Shown here: one piece after another, positions 61,490 to 64,000 of the stretch | How the letters are laid out: the number at the start of each line of letters is the position of its first letter | How positions within the stretch are numbered: the stretch's first letter is position 1 | DNA from: Terrimicrobiaceae bacterium | GTDB taxonomy: Bacteria; Verrucomicrobiota; Verrucomicrobiia; Chthoniobacterales; Terrimicrobiaceae | Direction: 5' to 3' | Assembly (NCBI GenBank): GCA_044342325.1 | Contig: JBIIPZ010000007.1 | Span: forward strand, 1-64,000 | DNA: 64,000 nucleotides | Position numbers and translations under genes: made by a program | Notes under the pieces: generated by a model | Databases searched by the model: none | The model's input: only the letters and a program-made list of their open reading frames with translations | Told to the model about the DNA's origin: nothing

Positions 61490-62950
61490 ATGATTCCGAA
61501 AACCGCGATGGATTTCCCAGAGGCCGGCTGGCGCTTCGACAATACCTATGCTCGACTGCATCAGCAGTTTTACACTCGGACAACCCCCACGGCGGTCCGA
61601 TTGCCTGCGATGGCGCTTTTCAATCGTTCGTTGGCCGAGGCCATGGGACTGAGGTCGGATATTTTGGAATCGGAGGAATGCATTGCAGTTTTTGCTGGAA
61701 ACGCCATTCCGCAAGGCGCAGAGCCGATCGCTCAAGCTTATGCGGGCCATCAGTTCGGGCACTTCAACATGCTGGGCGATGGACGTGCAATTCTACTGGG
61801 AGAGCATCTGGGGCCTGATGGATCGCGATGGGACATTCAACTCAAAGGCCCTGGGCGCACGGCCTACTCGCGCCGGGGCGATGGTCGCGCGGCGCTGGGG
61901 CCCATGTTGAGGGAATATATTATCAGCGAGGCCATGCATGCGTTGGGAATTCCCACCACGAGGAGTCTGGCGGTCGTAACCATCGGTGAGCCTGTTTTTC
62001 GCGAGGAGGAGTTGCCGGGCGCAGTCCTGACGCGCACCGCAGCCAGCCACATTCGCGTTGGCACTTTTCAGTATGCCGCCATGCAGCAAAATCCAGAGGC
62101 CCTGAGAGCGCTTGCGGACTACACAATCCAACGCCACTACCCTGAAATGGCAGAGGCTCCGAATCCCTGCATTTCTCTTTTGGAAGCCGTGATCGAGCGA
62201 CAATCCTTGCTTATCGCGAAGTGGTTGCTGGTCGGTTTCATCCATGGGGTCATGAATACTGACAATATGGCGCTCTCAGGCGAAACGATCGATTACGGTC
62301 CCTGTGCTTTCATGGACATCTATGATCCGGCGACGGTCTTCAGCTCGATCGATCGCAGCGGGCGCTATGCCTATTCAAACCAACCGAGCATTGCGCATTG
62401 GAACTTGGCGCGATTGGCTGAGACATTGCTGCCGCTTTTTGATTCGGATGAAAACAAAGCGGTCGAATTGGCCAAGGTGTCGCTCGAGAAATTTCCAGAC
62501 CGCTTTCAGCATCACTGGATTTCCGGGATGCGGGCAAAGCTTGGTTTGTTCAACGAGGAGGCGGGCGATGTCGCGCTTGTCGAGTCGCTGCTGCAAGGGA
62601 TGCTCCGCAGCCGAAGCGACTACACAAACACGCTAAGGGCGCTGGATCCTGAAAAGGTATGCGGCGTTGAGGCTGCCTGGCACGCGGAGTGGAACGCCCG
62701 CCTGACCCGCCAGTCTCATACTTTGGAGGAGGCGAGGTCACTCATGCGTCGCAATAGTCCGGTCGTGATTCCTCGAAACCATCAAGTCGAAGAGGCTCTC
62801 GAGGCGGCTACTTCAATTAGGGACTATCAGCCTCTGCACCGCTTGCTGGAAGCGCTGGCGAATCCTTACGAGGAGGGCTTGGAGAAGGATGGCTACCGAG
62901 AGCCCTCACCGGATGGCTCGCTTGGCTATCAGACTTTTTGCGGGACCTGA
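61490..62950 (+). CDS. selO: Protein adenylyltransferase SelO/YdiU
   Basis: YAGHQFG, LGDGRA, QLKG, HGVMNTDN, IDYGP, C-terminal TFCGT. Confidence 0.95.
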   Translation: MIPKTAMDFPEAGWRFDNTYARLHQQFYTRTTPTAVRLPAMALFNRSLAEAMGLRSDILESEECIAVFAGNAIPQGAEPIAQAYAGHQFGHFNMLGDGRAILLGEHLGPDGSRWDIQLKGPGRTAYSRRGDGRAALGPMLREYIISEAMHALGIPTTRSLAVVTIGEPVFREEELPGAVLTRTAASHIRVGTFQYAAMQQNPEALRALADYTIQRHYPEMAEAPNPCISLLEAVIERQSLLIAKWLLVGFIHGVMNTDNMALSGETIDYGPCAFMDIYDPATVFSSIDRSGRYAYSNQPSIAHWNLARLAETLLPLFDSDENKAVELAKVSLEKFPDRFQHHWISGMRAKLGLFNEEAGDVALVESLLQGMLRSRSDYTNTLRALDPEKVCGVEAAWHAEWNARLTRQSHTLEEARSLMRRNSPVVIPRNHQVEEALEAATSIRDYQPLHRLLEALANPYEEGLEKDGYREPSPDGSLGYQTFCGT

Positions 62951-62956
62951 CCGAGC

Positions 62957-64000
62957 CTATTCATCGCCAGCCGAGAGAGTCCGACGGACGAGGAGATCAA
63001 TGATGTGTCGGTCGAAATCGGCGGCAATGTTTTGACCGGTGCTGGCAAAGAGCGGGACAAGGCCATCATCAAGGACGAACTCCCAGAGTTTTCCGCAGCG
63101 GGGAATTTCATCGACATGAGTGAAGACCACATGCGTCGCTCCAAGCGATCCTGCACGCGTGTAGGCCTCTTGGATCAATTGGCGTTCGTATGCGGCATTG
63201 ACGACCAACACGCGGGATTCGATACCCAGCTCGTCGAAGGTCTTTTGCAGGTGGCGGACATTTTTTCCGGTGAGAACCATTCCGGGAATGTCGAAGTAGA
63301 GATTCGTATCCTCATCGAGTTTTTTGAGTTCTCCACGGGTGCGGAGGAGTTGCACCCCCAAGGCCTCGCAGAACATGGCCAGACCTTCGCTGGAATTCGG
63401 TTCATCGGCTTCGAGCTTCATCACGCAAGCTTGACGACCGCGCAGGAAGATATCCGAGGCTAGTTGCTTGCAGAGAGCGGTGGTCGATCCAGATCCCGGG
63501 GAGCCAAAAAATGCGACGCGGTTTGACAGGGCGAGGCTGCGGCTTGGTGCGCGGTCCCGCATGAGCATCGCAAAGTGGGAAATGGCGGTCTGCAGGGGTT
63601 GCTCGTTCAGTTGCCGTGATTCGGGACGCTCGCCGAATTGTGCGAGAAACTCGCCCGGTATTCCGGCTTTCGAGAGAATCGTCCAAAGGCGACCGGTGGG
63701 GAGGTTTTTAAACATCGCCCGAACGAGGGACTCCGGAACGAAGTCGGCATCGTCGCGTTTAGGTTCCTGAGGGCTCCGGGCCTTGCGGGCTCGCGTCGGC
63801 TTGCGTCGTTGCGATGGCTCCTGTGCCAGGTAGTCCTCATCCGCCTCGGCTTGTGTTTGCAGTTGCTCTGTGGGGTCAGGAGCGGGCGAGGGGAGGGATT
63901 GGGATTCCTCGTTAGGGATCTGAGCGATGATCTCCAGCTTGGGAGATTTTAAGAACCTGGCCAAGCCTTCACCCTCGACCTGACGCACGGAGATGACCTG
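62957..64000 (-). CDS. flhF: FlhF-like SRP-family GTPase, 5'-partial
   Basis: Frame open to the window edge (QVISVRQV); GSPGSGSTT, DIPG, FTHVDE, STGQNI resemble FlhF motifs. Confidence 0.7.
   Translation of the reverse strand, partial: QVISVRQVEGEGLARFLKSPKLEIIAQIPNEESQSLPSPAPDPTEQLQTQAEADEDYLAQEPSQRRKPTRARKARSPQEPKRDDADFVPESLVRAMFKNLPTGRLWTILSKAGIPGEFLAQFGERPESRQLNEQPLQTAISHFAMLMRDRAPSRSLALSNRVAFFGSPGSGSTTALCKQLASDIFLRGRQACVMKLEADEPNSSEGLAMFCEALGVQLLRTRGELKKLDEDTNLYFDIPGMVLTGKNVRHLQKTFDELGIESRVLVVNAAYERQLIQEAYTRAGSLGATHVVFTHVDEIPRCGKLWEFVLDDGLVPLFASTGQNIAADFDRHIIDLLVRRTLSAGDE

Noticed and set aside
63986..63992. CACGGAG heptamer matching the GxxExxY end unit
   Set aside because: Single unit inside a coding frame, without TTAAC or iteration

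Overview
Bacterial chromosomal segment, most likely Verrucomicrobiota (inferred from gene content, gene order and repeat style; not verified by search). Most of it is housekeeping: glgX, valS, lnt-purS-purQ-purL, kdsA-lptCAB-hprK-ptsH-ptsI, glgB, mpl, argG, tRNA-Ser(CGA), mdh, a Fur/PerR gene with sufCBD, tig-clpP-clpX, selO and a partial flhF. Accessory parts are a cnrYXH-CBA-like heavy-metal efflux cluster (6.1-13.5 kb) with two matching ECF-type promoters, and a ~9 kb co-oriented island between valS and purL (primase-helicase fusion, two Fic proteins, VapBC, Sel1-repeat protein, orphan HigA, and a RAYT transposase with REP doublets). The most striking observation is a 451-bp element between purQ and purL. 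It holds a single GxxExxY (PD-(D/E)XK-like) gene bracketed by 31-bp inverted repeats (28/31 identical) built of three 9-bp units, each end finishing in TTAA. Removing it in silico restores a tidy purQ-purL junction, which suggests a miniature mobile element with no recognisable transposase. Start coordinates were adjusted by eye where the ORF track is probably too long at the 5' end.
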